Origin: Octopus sinensis
Taxonomy: Eukaryota
Assembly: GCF_006345805.1 (NCBI RefSeq)
Contig: NW_021830451.1
Coordinates: forward strand, 6,266-70,265
Direction of reading: 5' to 3'
DNA length: 64,000 bases
Every line of letters begins with the position of its first letter. The stretch's first letter is position 1. Shown one piece after another: positions 1 through 11,789 of this stretch. Made by a program: the position numbers and the translations under genes. A model generated the notes under the pieces. That model did no database searches. It was not told the DNA's origin and saw nothing but the letters and a program-made list of their open reading frames with translations.

Positions 1-441
1 AAAACTTAAACCATCTACTGAAGTAACATCCAAAAATCGAATATTTTTTTCTACATGTATTTCCCACATGGTTTTAAAGAAAGTAAAAGAATATTAGAAT
101 TACAGATGAAATTACTGTGAAAAGAGTCTGATCGAATGAAAATAACATAAGACTAACAATAAAATCATGTTAGCACAATATACGGCCATATTGCAATCTT
201 TTATATACTATTGTACGCCACACAACTTTACATTCATGTGTATCAGATAACAATGCACTCTTATACACTTCCTTCAAATAATATGTTGCTTCTATTTAGA
301 ACACATTCTACTAATCCACAAAGCTATACTGTTTTACAGTTGTTTTTACTTGTTACATTATTGTGTACTTCCATATGATATCATAAAACATGGTAACATA
401 CAATATCCTACACTATATACTTATATATATATATACATAAA

Positions 442-688
442 AAGGATCGTGGGTAAGGCCAAATCAATGCGAAGTAAATGCAAGGCAAATCACAAGAAAA
501 CAAATGTGTGAATTAATGTAGACTTACCTTGAATTCAATATTTCGGGGTTATGACCCCATTTTCTAGAATGTTGCCGATGTGCATGTGTGAGAGCGTGTG
601 TGGAGTGTCTACATTAAGTCCCATATTTGTTTCCTTGTGATTTACCTAGCATTTACTTCGCATTGTTTTGGCCTTACCCACGATCTTT
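442..688. repeat. Imperfect inverted repeat (~82-bp arms) next to a (TA)n tract; probable Penelope-like terminal inversion
   Basis: 442-523 (aaggatcgtgggtaaggcc...aatgtagac) is the reverse complement of 607-688 with several mismatches. On the minus strand the spacer holds a GGGGT-cata-ACCCC-GAAA hairpin resembling a decayed HHR stem II. Confidence 0.65.
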
Positions 689-986
689 CATACAATATAT
701 TCTACGCAATACTTCATAGTAGTCATTTCATATATACATATATGTATGTATTTATATATATAAATTTGATAAAGTATTATTAACGTTATTAAAAGTAACA
801 ATAATAATAAAGTGGCCAGCAAGTTTAGTCTAAATAGATTTTTGCTTTGTAGTTTATACAAGGTAAAGCTAATTTTTATTATATTCGTCACATTCACCGT
901 GCGTGTTTCTTAATAGTGAAAAACTTGTGGTTTTGGTGCGTTATCTCCTAGTTTTAGCAAATGGTATTCCAGTACCCTAATCTATT

Positions 987-1033
<47 letters not shown>

Positions 1034-1170
1034 TTTTAAAAATACGCAGGTGAATTAAAAGTAAAACTGTGACTGTATTTTGAAGCATAAGAGCGTATAT
1101 TTTCACATGATGGTACGAATTTGTTTCATGGGGGTATGTATAAATATTTGTGACTATGTTTCTTTGAATG

Positions 1171-1234
1171 TTGTGCTGAGGATGGGAAATAAGTTATGTT
1201 ACTGCTTTAATCTCGAAATTGGACCAATACACAA
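1171..1234 (+). ncRNA. Type I hammerhead ribozyme motif
   Basis: Stem I TTGTG/CACAA; core CTGAGGA(T) at 1176-1183; stem II GGGA/TCTC; GAAA at 1215-1218; stem III A-TTG-gac-CAA-T; cleavage triplet AUA, cut after 1229. Lies in an element starting right after the (TA)n at 993-1029. Confidence 0.65.
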
Positions 1235-1852
1235 TTGACTGTGCAGTTTTATCTTGTATTTTTCATTTGCCCGTCTATAACCCGGATTTCTTACATGTTG
1301 GGGCAGGGTCTTTTTCCTATTCCCTTATATAATTATATAATGTATGTATATAATTATTATTTTAGTATAATTTACCCACAAGGCTTTATATCTTGTTGGT
1401 TACTTGATATTATCATTTACACGATTTTATCCTTGTTCACACACATACACACACACAAATATAACATCATATATGTATGATGCATATCCACATCATAGTA
1501 TACCCTATATAACAATAAACCATTCTAGTTTACTCTGTCTGCATCGAGAAGGACCCTTACTGCGTAAACTTTCAGTGAGTTCCTCCATCCCGCTTCAATA
1601 AAGTACGTACCTACAAATCACATACGCACTCATCTACGCTCTCGCATACATACGCACAGACTTTTACAGTTTATGCTGTTATATTTTAGTCTATTAATGT
1701 ATAGTGGTGTATATACTCCTTAGACTATCGTCAGTTTTTTAATCCTTTATTATTATATTTTTAATTTTGTAGTTCGAGGTGTATTTTTTAATGTTGCCGT
1801 GTATGTTAGATTTTTTGTATGTCTTCACATTTATTTTGTCGACCATCCATAC

Positions 1853-2109
1853 CAGTTGTTCGCAACCATTTTTGTTTTTCCTATGGACCTCTTTAAGTCC
1901 TATTTTACTCGGGTGGACTTTCATAACCATGTCATGTTTAAAGATTCCTATTGTATTTGTATAACCATATATTATTAGGAATTATATAAAAACGCAATCT
2001 TAAAATATTTTGTATATTGTAGAAAAAACAGTTTATTGCACGTAAAGTTTAGCATCAAAATCTTATATAGACTCCTAAAGTTCATATGAACCCATGTTGA
2101 GAACCACTG
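1853..2109. mobile_element. hAT (Charlie-type) MITE
   Basis: TIRs cagttgttcgcaac / gttgagaaccactg; degenerate 8-bp TSD atccatac/atgtatac; homologous to the copy at 8290-8978. Confidence 0.75.
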
Positions 2110-3526
2110 ATGTATACTGTAGTGTTTATACTGGTGGTGGTAATGTTTGTGTATTATGTGAAGTATTATTCTGCTTCGTGGTGTGTAAATGGTTAGACTA
2201 TATGTTTGTGAAACTGCTTTTGTATAGTTCATTTCTCTGGGAGTGTTTTGTGATGAGGGCAAACAGGTGATTGGGACTGAATAAGGGAACTGGTTCGCAT
2301 GTGAGTGTAGTAGCAAAAACTGTGGAGAAGCTGGTGATGCCTGAAAAGGAGCTGTGTATTTTAACGAAGATATGGGTTTATGTTTACTGCGAATAATTTT
2401 TTTCCCGGTTTAACAACACCATCTTGTAACTGGATGGTATTAGCGGTGTGAAATATGTTGCAAACATTCATATAAGGTCTCCAGTGCGACGGGAATTCCT
2501 CCTCCTCCCCTCTTCCATTCTTTCCTCCCTCCTATCCCCTTACGTTTGGATGATCTGGAAAACTCATGGTTGTAGTTTTCTCGTTGTTCTGACTGAACAT
2601 TAATAAAATGCAAAGATTTTAATGTCCTACTATTCTGTCATCTCTTGTATTAACTGTATTTTGCTTGTGCCAGGACATGAGTACTGTTATTTTTCCACAC
2701 TGATGATATTCGGAAGTGCATTGAGATAATGGAGCTTCAGCTCACCTCATGAGGTTAACAGTGGTATCTATATGTTAATTCTATTACTGCAATTCATTTT
2801 CTTAGATTAGTCATGAATGAATGCATTTCTAGTAAATTCTTCAGCTCTAATTTTATTCAAGTTTTATTCCCAGTATCTATGAAGTTCGATGGTTTTTGTA
2901 TTACAGCAAGTTTAACTTATTTTTCCTTATGATGATATAATTTACATTGGCTATTTTCGTACTTGCAATTTATATTGCTTGCTTTTTATTTGTTTCTTCC
3001 TTTGTTTGTTTGTTTGCTTGTTATCAATGTAGTATCTTGAGCAAGATCGTTGTTAGAGCTGAGAAGTTTAATAGGAAATTAATGTCGGTATTTCCGGTGT
3101 TTTGCGTTATGTTTATGTTGTGATTGAAGATATATTTAGATGTTGGTTTTCTTTTTCTGCTTTGTATTCTGTGTTTGCGTGTGAATTTTGTTGTTTGGGT
3201 GCTGCTATCTTTCCTTCGTTCTTATTATCTCTCTCGTTCGGAGTCGATGCCTTCGAACAGTTTACATGCTTAGTGCTGAAATGTATACAGTTTTTTTTTC
3301 TGCTTTTTTATTGTTTTTGGTAATTTTCTCCGCCAACAATTTTTATCTCTCGATCGACGTTCGAGAAGTGGCAATCATAAGGTTTTGCCACGTTTTTTTC
3401 CTTAGGATTGGATTTTTCCAAAAAAAATCTTTCCATTGTTATGACGATAAGAGATTCGGTTGCTAATGTTGACTTGTCTAGTCATTTTGTAAAGGCTTCT
3501 GCGTTAGTTCGATAGAGAACTTTTTT

Positions 3527-3528
<2 letters not shown>

Positions 3529-3573
<45 letters not shown>

Positions 3574-3597
3574 TGTGTGTCTGTGTGTGTGTGTGTG
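3529..3597. repeat. (TG)n microsatellite
   Basis: Direct reading. Confidence 0.95.
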
Positions 3598-3889
3598 TTA
3601 GCTCTGAAGAAACAGTGGCAAATATTAATAACCGAAGTAAAAAAGACGGCAAGACACCATATAATGTAATTACCACGCTTAATCAACTCCAGCAACGGCT
3701 AAAAAACAACGTCATGTAACATACACACATTCCAACAACATGCAAACTAATTTGTCAAATACATTTCTAAAACTAACCAAAAATTAATATTAAAAGAAAA
3801 AAAATCTCACAAACTCTGAGATAAAAAAAACTCACTAACGTAATAACTTTAACCCCTTCCTTCTACTAAACATTTGAATATCAGCAGGA

Positions 3890-4210
3890 AAAATCTCACT
3901 TAAAGCCTCAAGGCTTGATATTATCTCAAAGATATCTTAAACGTATACAACCTGAAGGTATTTTTCATTCACCAGTATTATGAACTACCCGCACAAACAT
4001 TACGAAATAACTATAATCTTCATAAAGATCGGAATTATATCATCCCTAAAAACATGACAAGAAAACCAAGAAGAGTAACACTACCCAGACTGATCACTAT
4101 CCGAAGCATATCTAAAGAATAAATCAAATATTTTGAATGTCTGATAACAATATTTCATGCATTTCCAACTTAGGTTCTGCTCTCTAAACTGAAGTGCCAC
4201 ACTCCCTGCA
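3890..4210 (+). pseudogene. Highly decayed non-LTR reverse transcriptase fragment (Jockey/I/CR1-like)
   Basis: Frameshifted remnants resembling KAPGxDxI (aaagcctcaaggcttgatatt), IPK (atccctaaa) and QxGF motifs occur in RT order. Confidence 0.3.
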
Positions 4211-4420
4211 TCACCGCACCACATCTAAAAATGAGCGAATGATGGAGATATTATGAGTGTTACAAGAAATGACAAACGTATGCTGGAAGTGACAACCGTA
4301 TTCATACTCTTTAAGAATATGATTGCTACGGTTTGTGCGCCTTTGATCGTTAGTTTTGCATAAGCAAGATTGATTCAAGACTAAAATACAACTATGAAGA
4401 GACGTTGTACAATGAATATA

Positions 4421-4691
4421 CATAATAAAAAAATTTTAATAAATGTTCCTTCTCGAGCCATGCCAGGCTCATAAGGGCCGGTTTCCCGGTTTCAGTGGCG
4501 TAGAAATTCCCCACCCGGATGGGACGCCGGTCCGTCGCAGGACGACTCATTTCTGTCAGCTGAGTGGACTGGAGCAACGTGAAATGAAGTGTTTTGCTCA
4601 AGAACACAACGCGTCGTCTCGTCCAGGAATCGAAACCACAACCTTACGATCATGAGTTCAATAACTTAACCACTAAGTCACGCGCCTCCAC
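4421..4691 (-). mobile_element. tRNA-derived SINE, family C, full length with TSD
   Basis: Minus-strand head GGAGGCGCGTGACTTAGTGGTT...GGTTTCGATTCC (A/B boxes); body with CCTGCGACGGACCGGCGTCCC (V-domain-like); 12-bp TSD acaatgaatata at 4409-4420 and 4692-4703. Confidence 0.85.
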
Positions 4692-4724
4692 ACAATGAAT
4701 ATATAATGGTTTTTAATTCAGGCA

Positions 4725-4912
4725 AAACATTTGAGGGGAGGAGTTAGTCTATGTCATTGACCCCAGTACTTGACAGGTACTTTAATTTATGGACACAGAA
4801 AGGATGAAAGGTAATATTAGCCTCAGTGGAACTTATAACGTAAAAAGCCAGAAAAATACCTCGAAGCAAGCTTTTCTCTCTATGCTCCAATGATTCTACC
4901 AGCTGCTGCCTT
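4725..4912 (-). mobile_element. Decayed SINE, family B
   Basis: gaccccagtact...gaaaggatgaaagg...accagctgctgcc matches younger copies at 16281 and 46305. Confidence 0.65.
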
Positions 4913-5759
4913 GTACTAAAAATATATAATGACTCCAATCCTCGATACCTACCAACATGATACTAAACAGTTCGGTAAAATAAACAAAACAGCAACAACA
5001 ACATAACACACCACATTTCAGGTCGCTATCGTTAGCAAACCACATTTATGGTTAGCGCACCACATTTTAGGTCGCTATCGTTACGTTGTGTTTAATTATT
5101 GCTAATATAAGCACAGTTGAATTGTGCTTATATTGCTAATATAAGCACAATTCCAGTACGTGACACCGACAGAAAGAAAGTAGAATTCAACATAGGTAAG
5201 ATTTGAACTCAGACACCGAGCGCGAAATGACATGATTAAGTATCGCACGACATTTCATCTGTCACAATGGACTCTGCCAATACACTGCCCATATGCATCA
5301 ATACATCATGTGATAACAACGCATCTAGCATCGGAAATCTTCTGAACGGAGTACAGCTAGGATTCACTCCCATATTCATTGTATTAATTTTATATCCACA
5401 CTCCTATTTGTCTGTCTCTCTGTCTGTCTGTCTCTGTCTGTCTGTTTATCTATCTGTCTGTCTCTGTCTCTGCCTCTCTCTGTCTCTCTCTCTCTCTCTC
5501 TCCCTCTCTCTCCCTCTCTCTCTCTGTGCACAGAGCATATATAGAGGTAACAATATTTACCATGTCCTACCGTTGACAAGTTAGTGATGATCGTCTATCC
5601 CGAACCTACATCAGCAACCGAGAATTTTAATTTTCCACAAATAGTATAAAAATGTCACCTACCAAATGACAAATCTATCATCGCCATTTTAAAATCACCC
5701 CCCCCCCAAAAAAAAAAAGACACCAGAAGAACAACAAATAACCAATATAAGTAAGTTCG

Positions 5760-5975
5760 AAGGCGGGTAGTTAGCAGAATTGTTAGCACGTCCGGGAAAA
5801 TGCTCAGCGGGATCTCTTGCGTCTTTACGTTCTAGGTTCAAATCCCACCGGGGTCAGCTTTGCCTGTCATTCTTTCGGAATCGATAAAATAAGTACCAGT
5901 CGAATACTGGGTCGATGTAATCGATTCGTCTCCACCTTGAAAATTTCAGGCCTTGTGCCTTTAGCAGAAAGGAAT
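5760..5975 (+). mobile_element. SINE, family B
   Basis: aggcgggtagttagcagaat head, ggttcaaatccc B box, and the central tttgcctgtcattctttcggaatcgataaaataagtaccag domain. Confidence 0.8.
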
Positions 5976-6052
5976 GTAAGCAAGCTCTCTCACTGTTCTT
6001 TGTCTCTCTCTCTCTCTCTCTCTTTCATTCACATGTATACACACATGAGCAC

Positions 6053-6175
6053 ATGTACACACGCATGCGCTCAGGCACACACACACACACACGCGCGCGC
6101 GCGCATGCGCTCAGGCACACACACACGCGCGCGCATGCGCTCAGGCACAGACACGCATGCGCTCAGGCACACACA

Positions 6176-6208
<33 letters not shown>
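6053..6208. repeat. Minisatellite (ACGCATGCGCTCAGGCACAC)x4 merged with (CA)n/(CG)n
   Basis: Four copies of gcatgcgctcaggcac separated by variable CA/CG runs. Confidence 0.85.
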
Positions 6209-6209
<1 letters not shown>

Positions 6210-6779
6210 AAGACATAAGTAAAATAACAGTCTTCAACATTCAAAGCGCACACCGAAAATATAGCGAAGAAAAGGAAACGCAGATACACTATAAGCACAC
6301 ATTTAAAGACACCAGAATTCTACCAATACAAAAAAACAACAACACCAGTGTACAAGAAACAATATATATTTATTAGATCTATCACATAGTAACTGATGTT
6401 TGCTCGGCCACCCCTAATTCCTTCACAACAAACTACAAAGTTCACAAAACAACGTGCTTCATATCGTCACAGCTTGCATACACACCGCATCTACGGCTTT
6501 ATCAACGCAGCGAAAGGAAAACTATTCAAGGCATTAAGAGCACCTGAATATACAGCGAGCATATTTTGTTGACGCAGCAAGTTCCAAACTACAACACATA
6601 ATCCCTGCTACTCTCCAAACAGCTAGACACATAAGAACACCACAGAACAAACACTACTATACTGCCGTCGTAAAAACAATGCCCCCACCCCCAGTTCAGT
6701 CTAGACAAACATAGAACTCGCATATCAGCAGCACCAATAAATAATCTTGTTAGATCTAAACATTGTGAGATACGTTACG

Positions 6780-7135
6780 CGTTTAACGATAAGGACAGAC
6801 GAACATGTGTTGTGTACCTCTTGCAATCGAGTTCATCTCGTTCATCTCTGTCGTGGCTACAGCCAGAATTTGCATCTGGATGATCCAAAGAGTGAACTTG
6901 TTCTGTGTGCGGTTACTTGCTTTACTAGAAATAGCAGTCAAGTCTCTTTCTCATACCACATACTAACGACTTAAAGAAAAGGAAGACATCAGATATCCTG
7001 GTCAATGTTGTGAGGCCGGAATGTTTACGGCCGGAACGTCTTTGTAATCACAGGTTTGCTTACTCGATCAGGGCTGACTTCAATTTAAACAGCAACTACA
7101 GAGCAACCGCAAGAAGAACAAAAGCAACAACTAGT
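6780..7135 (+). mobile_element. Unclassified interspersed repeat (family D) with CAA-rich tail
   Basis: Shares ctagaaatagcag-caa and cagggctga...aacaac segments with 7400-7862 and 54900-54972, and with reverse copies near 10200-10540. Confidence 0.5.
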
Positions 7136-7139
7136 ACAA

Positions 7140-7348
7140 CTGGCATCTCAGAGAGATTCAGCGTGACACAGAGTGTGACAAGGCCGGCCGTTTGAAATAC
7201 AGGTACAACTCATTTTTGCCAGCTGACTGAACTGGAGTAACGTGAAATAAAGTGTCTTGCTCAAGGACATATTGCGTCGCCGGGAATCGAACTCACGACC
7301 TTACAATTGTGAGCCAAATACGCTAACCACTAAGCCACCCTCCTTCAC
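7140..7348 (-). mobile_element. tRNA-derived SINE, family C variant
   Basis: Reverse head ggcttagtggttagcgtatttggctcacaatt...gagttcgattcccgg; body shared with 4421-4691 and 59007-59252. Confidence 0.8.
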
Positions 7349-7399
7349 AACTGGAACATTCTTCACGACAAAGGAGAATATAGCATGTCCCCTAGATCA

Positions 7400-7862
7400 C
7401 ATTGAATCCTGTGGTTGCCATCTGACTTTGTGTGTGCCTCTTGGCTGTCTGATTAATGTTCAGCAGATCTACTACAGCAACAATATAATAGCAACAAAGC
7501 GTATGAAGAGGGTGCCTATATCCAGTCACTGAACCTGCTGAAAATAGCAACCAAATCTACCTGAAAGTCGAAAATCGAGATCGAGCGAGTTTTTGCCGTT
7601 TTGCTCGACGTGTGGTTTCCGTCCACGCTCTGCTCGCCCTGGGACACCTGCGTTACCGTTTGACAGACGTACCACCCCAGTCAAACTCCCCGACCGACAT
7701 CTTATTGGCTTAAAAATTTGGAGAATTCATTGATTAACACAATCCTGGACACTAGGTCTCAAAATAATACGTTGAATTGATAAAGCCTGGAATGAATTTT
7801 ATCACATTCCTCCTTTACAAGAGCTGATTCGAACTATGGAACTACAACAACAACAACAACCA
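7400..7862 (+). mobile_element. Family D repeat interrupted by a 28S rRNA fragment
   Basis: gaaaatagcaaccaaatctacc before the insert; the repeat resumes after it and ends in gagctgattcgaac...(caa)n. Confidence 0.5.
7570..7699 (-). rRNA. 28S (LSU) rRNA fragment, ~130 bp, non-functional insertion
   Basis: The plus strand reads gaaaatcgagatcgagcgagtttttgcc...ggacacctgcgttaccgtttgacagacgtaccaccccagtcaaactcccc. This is the reverse complement of the conserved LSU domain V segment GGGGAGTTTGACTGGGG...TCAAACGGTAACGCAGGTGTCC. Confidence 0.9.
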
Positions 7863-8289
7863 CAAGAGTATTTCATTACTGTAAACTTAGAATAATTACA
7901 ATTAATCTCGACGGCATCATTCTAAATACAAAAATATTCTAGTGATTAAATGTTAATTATACCTGATTATTTAATTACGGTTAAAACCTATATACGGCAA
8001 GAATGAGAGTCCTTTATTTTTTTTAGTCGCGGAAGTTTAACCACGAATCGCCTTAATTAACTTCATACAATCATTGACATTATGTGTATTGGCCTAAAAT
8101 AAACATGACTTAAGTTAGAAATTATTCTTCCTCTTTTATATTTCATCGGTGGCTATGTGGTAAGAGGTTTGTTTCCTAGCAAACCTGGTTTCAGGTTCAG
8201 TCGCATTGCGTGACACCTTGAATAAATAGACAAGTTATTATTATTATTATATATAGACAATTTGTTCCCCGTTCTTGAAAACTCTAAAG

Positions 8290-8978
8290 CAGTGATTCTC
8301 AAGTATTACTTTACCTATGGTTCCCTTTAATTCCTAATTTACTTAGGTGAGATTTCGTAACCATTCCATGTTTTAAAAATATCCTATTCATCTTTTATAA
8401 TCAAATGTGATTATAAAAAAATGAATAGGTACATGAGTGGCTTGCTTACCAACAACGTGGTTTCCGGATCAGTCCCTCTGCGTGGCACCTTGGGCAAGTG
8501 TCTTCTACTATAGCCTCGGACCGACCAAAGCCTTGTGAGTGGATTTGGTAGACGGAAACTGAATGAAGCCCGTCGTGTATGCAAATAGGTATGTATGTGC
8601 GTGTATGTTTATGCGTTTGTTCCCCACCAATATCGCTTGACAACCGATGCGAGTGTGCTTACGTCTCTGTAACTTAGCGATTCGGCAAAGGCGACCTATA
8701 GAATAAGTACTAGGCTAACAAAGAATAAGTCCTATGGTCGATTTCCTCGACTAAAGGCGGGGCTCCAGCATGGCCACAGTCAAATGACTGAACAAGTCAA
8801 AGAATAAAATAATTAAAGAATCTTTTATAATCAAATATGATTAGGATTTGTATTAAAAAAGATGGTGGAACTCTTTTGTATATTGCAGAATTAAAACCAA
8901 TTTATTACACATGAATTTTATCAACAAAATTTGATATGGACCCCCAAAGGTCTTATGAATCTCAGTTGAGAGCCAATG
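8290..8978. mobile_element. hAT MITE with nested SINE
   Basis: TIRs cagtgattctcaa / ttgagagccaatg; 8-bp TSD ctctaaag/ctgtagag (Charlie-like NTCTAGAN); same family as 1853-2109. Confidence 0.8.
8414..8820 (+). mobile_element. tRNA-derived CORE-like SINE, family A
   Basis: gtggcaccttgggcaagtgtcttctactatagcctc CORE-like block, internal microsatellite, gcatggccacagtcaaatgactg tail; 23-bp TSD at 8391-8413 and 8821-8843. Confidence 0.9.
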
Positions 8979-10850
8979 CTGTAGAGTGCAGTTTGATGTA
9001 TACTTGTGTATTGATCACATCGAAGCTGCTCAGTCGCCTTCCTTGCACACTATTGGAAGGAGTGAGTATTACCCCAGGTATGTAGTTAGTGAACAGAACA
9101 TTTGAACATATTGATGAAAGACAACAAAACAGTCGTAGATTTTACAGAGATCCTATCTCTGTATTTTAGATAAGAAAGACAGAAAGAAACAATGAAAAAT
9201 CAGAAAGAAAGAGAGAAGTGGGAGAAAGACATACGGAAAAGAGAGAGACGGAGAAGGTGAGTGAAAGGATGGGAAACGGTGAGAGGTAGATAGAGAGGAA
9301 GAGAGAGAGGGGGGGAGAAGAGGATATGAAGGAAGCGATACAATAAAAAGAAGAAAGAAACAATGAAATTTAAAAAAATGAGAAAAAATAATCCACCATT
9401 AACTGCGGCTGGAGGTGTCGATTCGGTTTCTATTCTTTGTAGAAGCCATTTCATTTGACATGCGTCACTAATGTTGGACAAGCAGTATTTAAACGTAAGG
9501 AATATATGTCAGAAAGTCGAAAAATGCCATTTATATTTGCTAAAAACACACACAAATAAAAATAAAAATAAAACAAAAACTAAAGAAAAAGGAATGGCGG
9601 TTAAGTGACATAGTGTGTTTCTCATTACATTAATGTGTATTTTATTCCTATTTCTGGAACTGCGGAGCGTCTACTAGAGCGTTTCATCTATAAACATTGG
9701 CTGCATACACCTACCCTTTAAGTGTTTGTCTAACGATATTCGAGGTGAGAACTATGTTTCTAGGATATGTTTGAAGGAGGAAATAGCTATTGGTGACGTT
9801 GTTGTTGTTATTACAAACAGTAAGTAGGTGGTGGGGCAGAATTGGTAAAGTGTCTAAATAAATAAATGTCTTTTAGTATTTAGTTCCCAGCCTCTCTACA
9901 ATCTGGGTTGAAATTTCAACATGGCGGGTTTTCACTTTTCATTCCACTCGTGTTCGATACATTAAGCAGCAGACTACACTGGTAAGAATCCAAACAAAGA
10001 TACTTTTACCATACACATGATTCATCTCGTTGTTGTCATTCTTGGGTAATTTTCTTTTAGTCTTGCCTTTTTGTTTTCTTTTCATTCTGTATTTGTAGCG
10101 ACCTTCCCAGCTATAATTTGAAAAGAAAACTGAAACAAATATAATCCAGTCCTGACGATCCAATCTTTTATTTAGGCACAGCACATACATCCTTTTCTTT
10201 CCCTTATCTCAACCTTTGAAATAGCTGCATATACGTTTATTGAGATGTGACTGCCATTTCTAGCAGATTAATGTTATACTTGTAGATATTTCGTTTCGTT
10301 ATTGCCATAGCGGCTGTGCTTGTTTTTGTCATTTAATGCCCAGCCCGACACTGATTAACAATTCGACTTTATTATGATGTTCTAACCTTGACGGTTATAT
10401 CATTTATCCAGAGATAAAGAGAAGCAGCCATGTATGTTTAATATTCTAAGATGTTAAGAGGGTGGTTGTATGGCGGATTGGGTACCATTTCTCGTAGAGT
10501 AAGCAACATGTAGAGAATTATTTGCTAGCACTTTTATTTCGTTGTTAGAACTAGACACACATAGAGAAGTCCCGAGGAACAGAGAACAATACGTAAATTG
10601 ACACTAAATGGTAGCTGGGAGAAGGAAGGGCTTGAAATTTGCGATGTAAACATACAAGATTCCAGGAGTGATATGGGTATACATACATACATAGATATGT
10701 ATAAACCCACACATACAGATGCACACAGATATACACAAACATGCGCGCGCACGCATACATGTATATGTTTATTTACGTTGATATCAAATGACAGTAAGTG
10801 TTCAACACCGTATGAAACTATTGGTAGCCTTGTTAACCAACAAACACAGA

Positions 10851-10904
<54 letters not shown>

Positions 10905-11402
10905 GAGTGAGTGGACAAACGAAAGAAGAGCACTCAACCAATTTATTGGGAGCTACATGTACGGATCAAAACTCTTTGCTAGTCGTCAGCCATTTTCCCT
11001 GACGTAATGCTGACGACTAGCATCACTCTTGAAAATCAAGAGTACCAATGAATTTACGAATTTGATTTAAACTGTTTTGATCCATTCATTCATATACTGG
11101 TGGTGATCATGTGTAAAATCTACTGAGTTGAGCTGACGCTACGGAAGAGGTTTCTGCCTTAAAGCCGAAACTGTCCACGGTATAGGGATATCACAATTTC
11201 TACTTTAGGCCGTTTACGGTCACTGTCAGTATTTATTGTATACAATTACGTGCGTTAACTGCTGCAGCAGAATGCTTTAGCACTTATTTCTAGCATTGTA
11301 GGTGTTCTAACATCCTCAGTCATGTTTAATGACAATTATAGTTTTTCTTTTTAGGGATACATTGCTAAACCAGTGCCTAATTTATATACATACATACATA
11401 TG

Positions 11403-11473
<71 letters not shown>

Positions 11474-11481
<8 letters not shown>

Positions 11482-11789
11482 AATATGTTACATTACTCGA
11501 TAGTTAAGATAAAACTCTGAGTTTCAGATGCCGAAGTGGAAATCCACAACACCATCTCTTCGGTTATCTGGCTATTTGAACACGCTTTTTATTCTTTTTT
11601 TCTTTTTCATTACGTTTTCAAATAGCCAGATAACCGAAGAGATGGTGTTGTGGATTTCCACTTCGGCATCTGAAACTCAGAGTTTTATCTTGACTATCGA
11701 GTAATGTAACATATTATTGTATAGATAAATTTCCTGTATTTACATAATATTGAGGTCTCTTTCTTTCTTTTGTTATCTTACCGTTTTAT

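Noticed and set aside
2120-3480. Strand-skewed region suggestive of an old LINE on the minus strand
   Set aside because: No diagnostic protein motif could be read.
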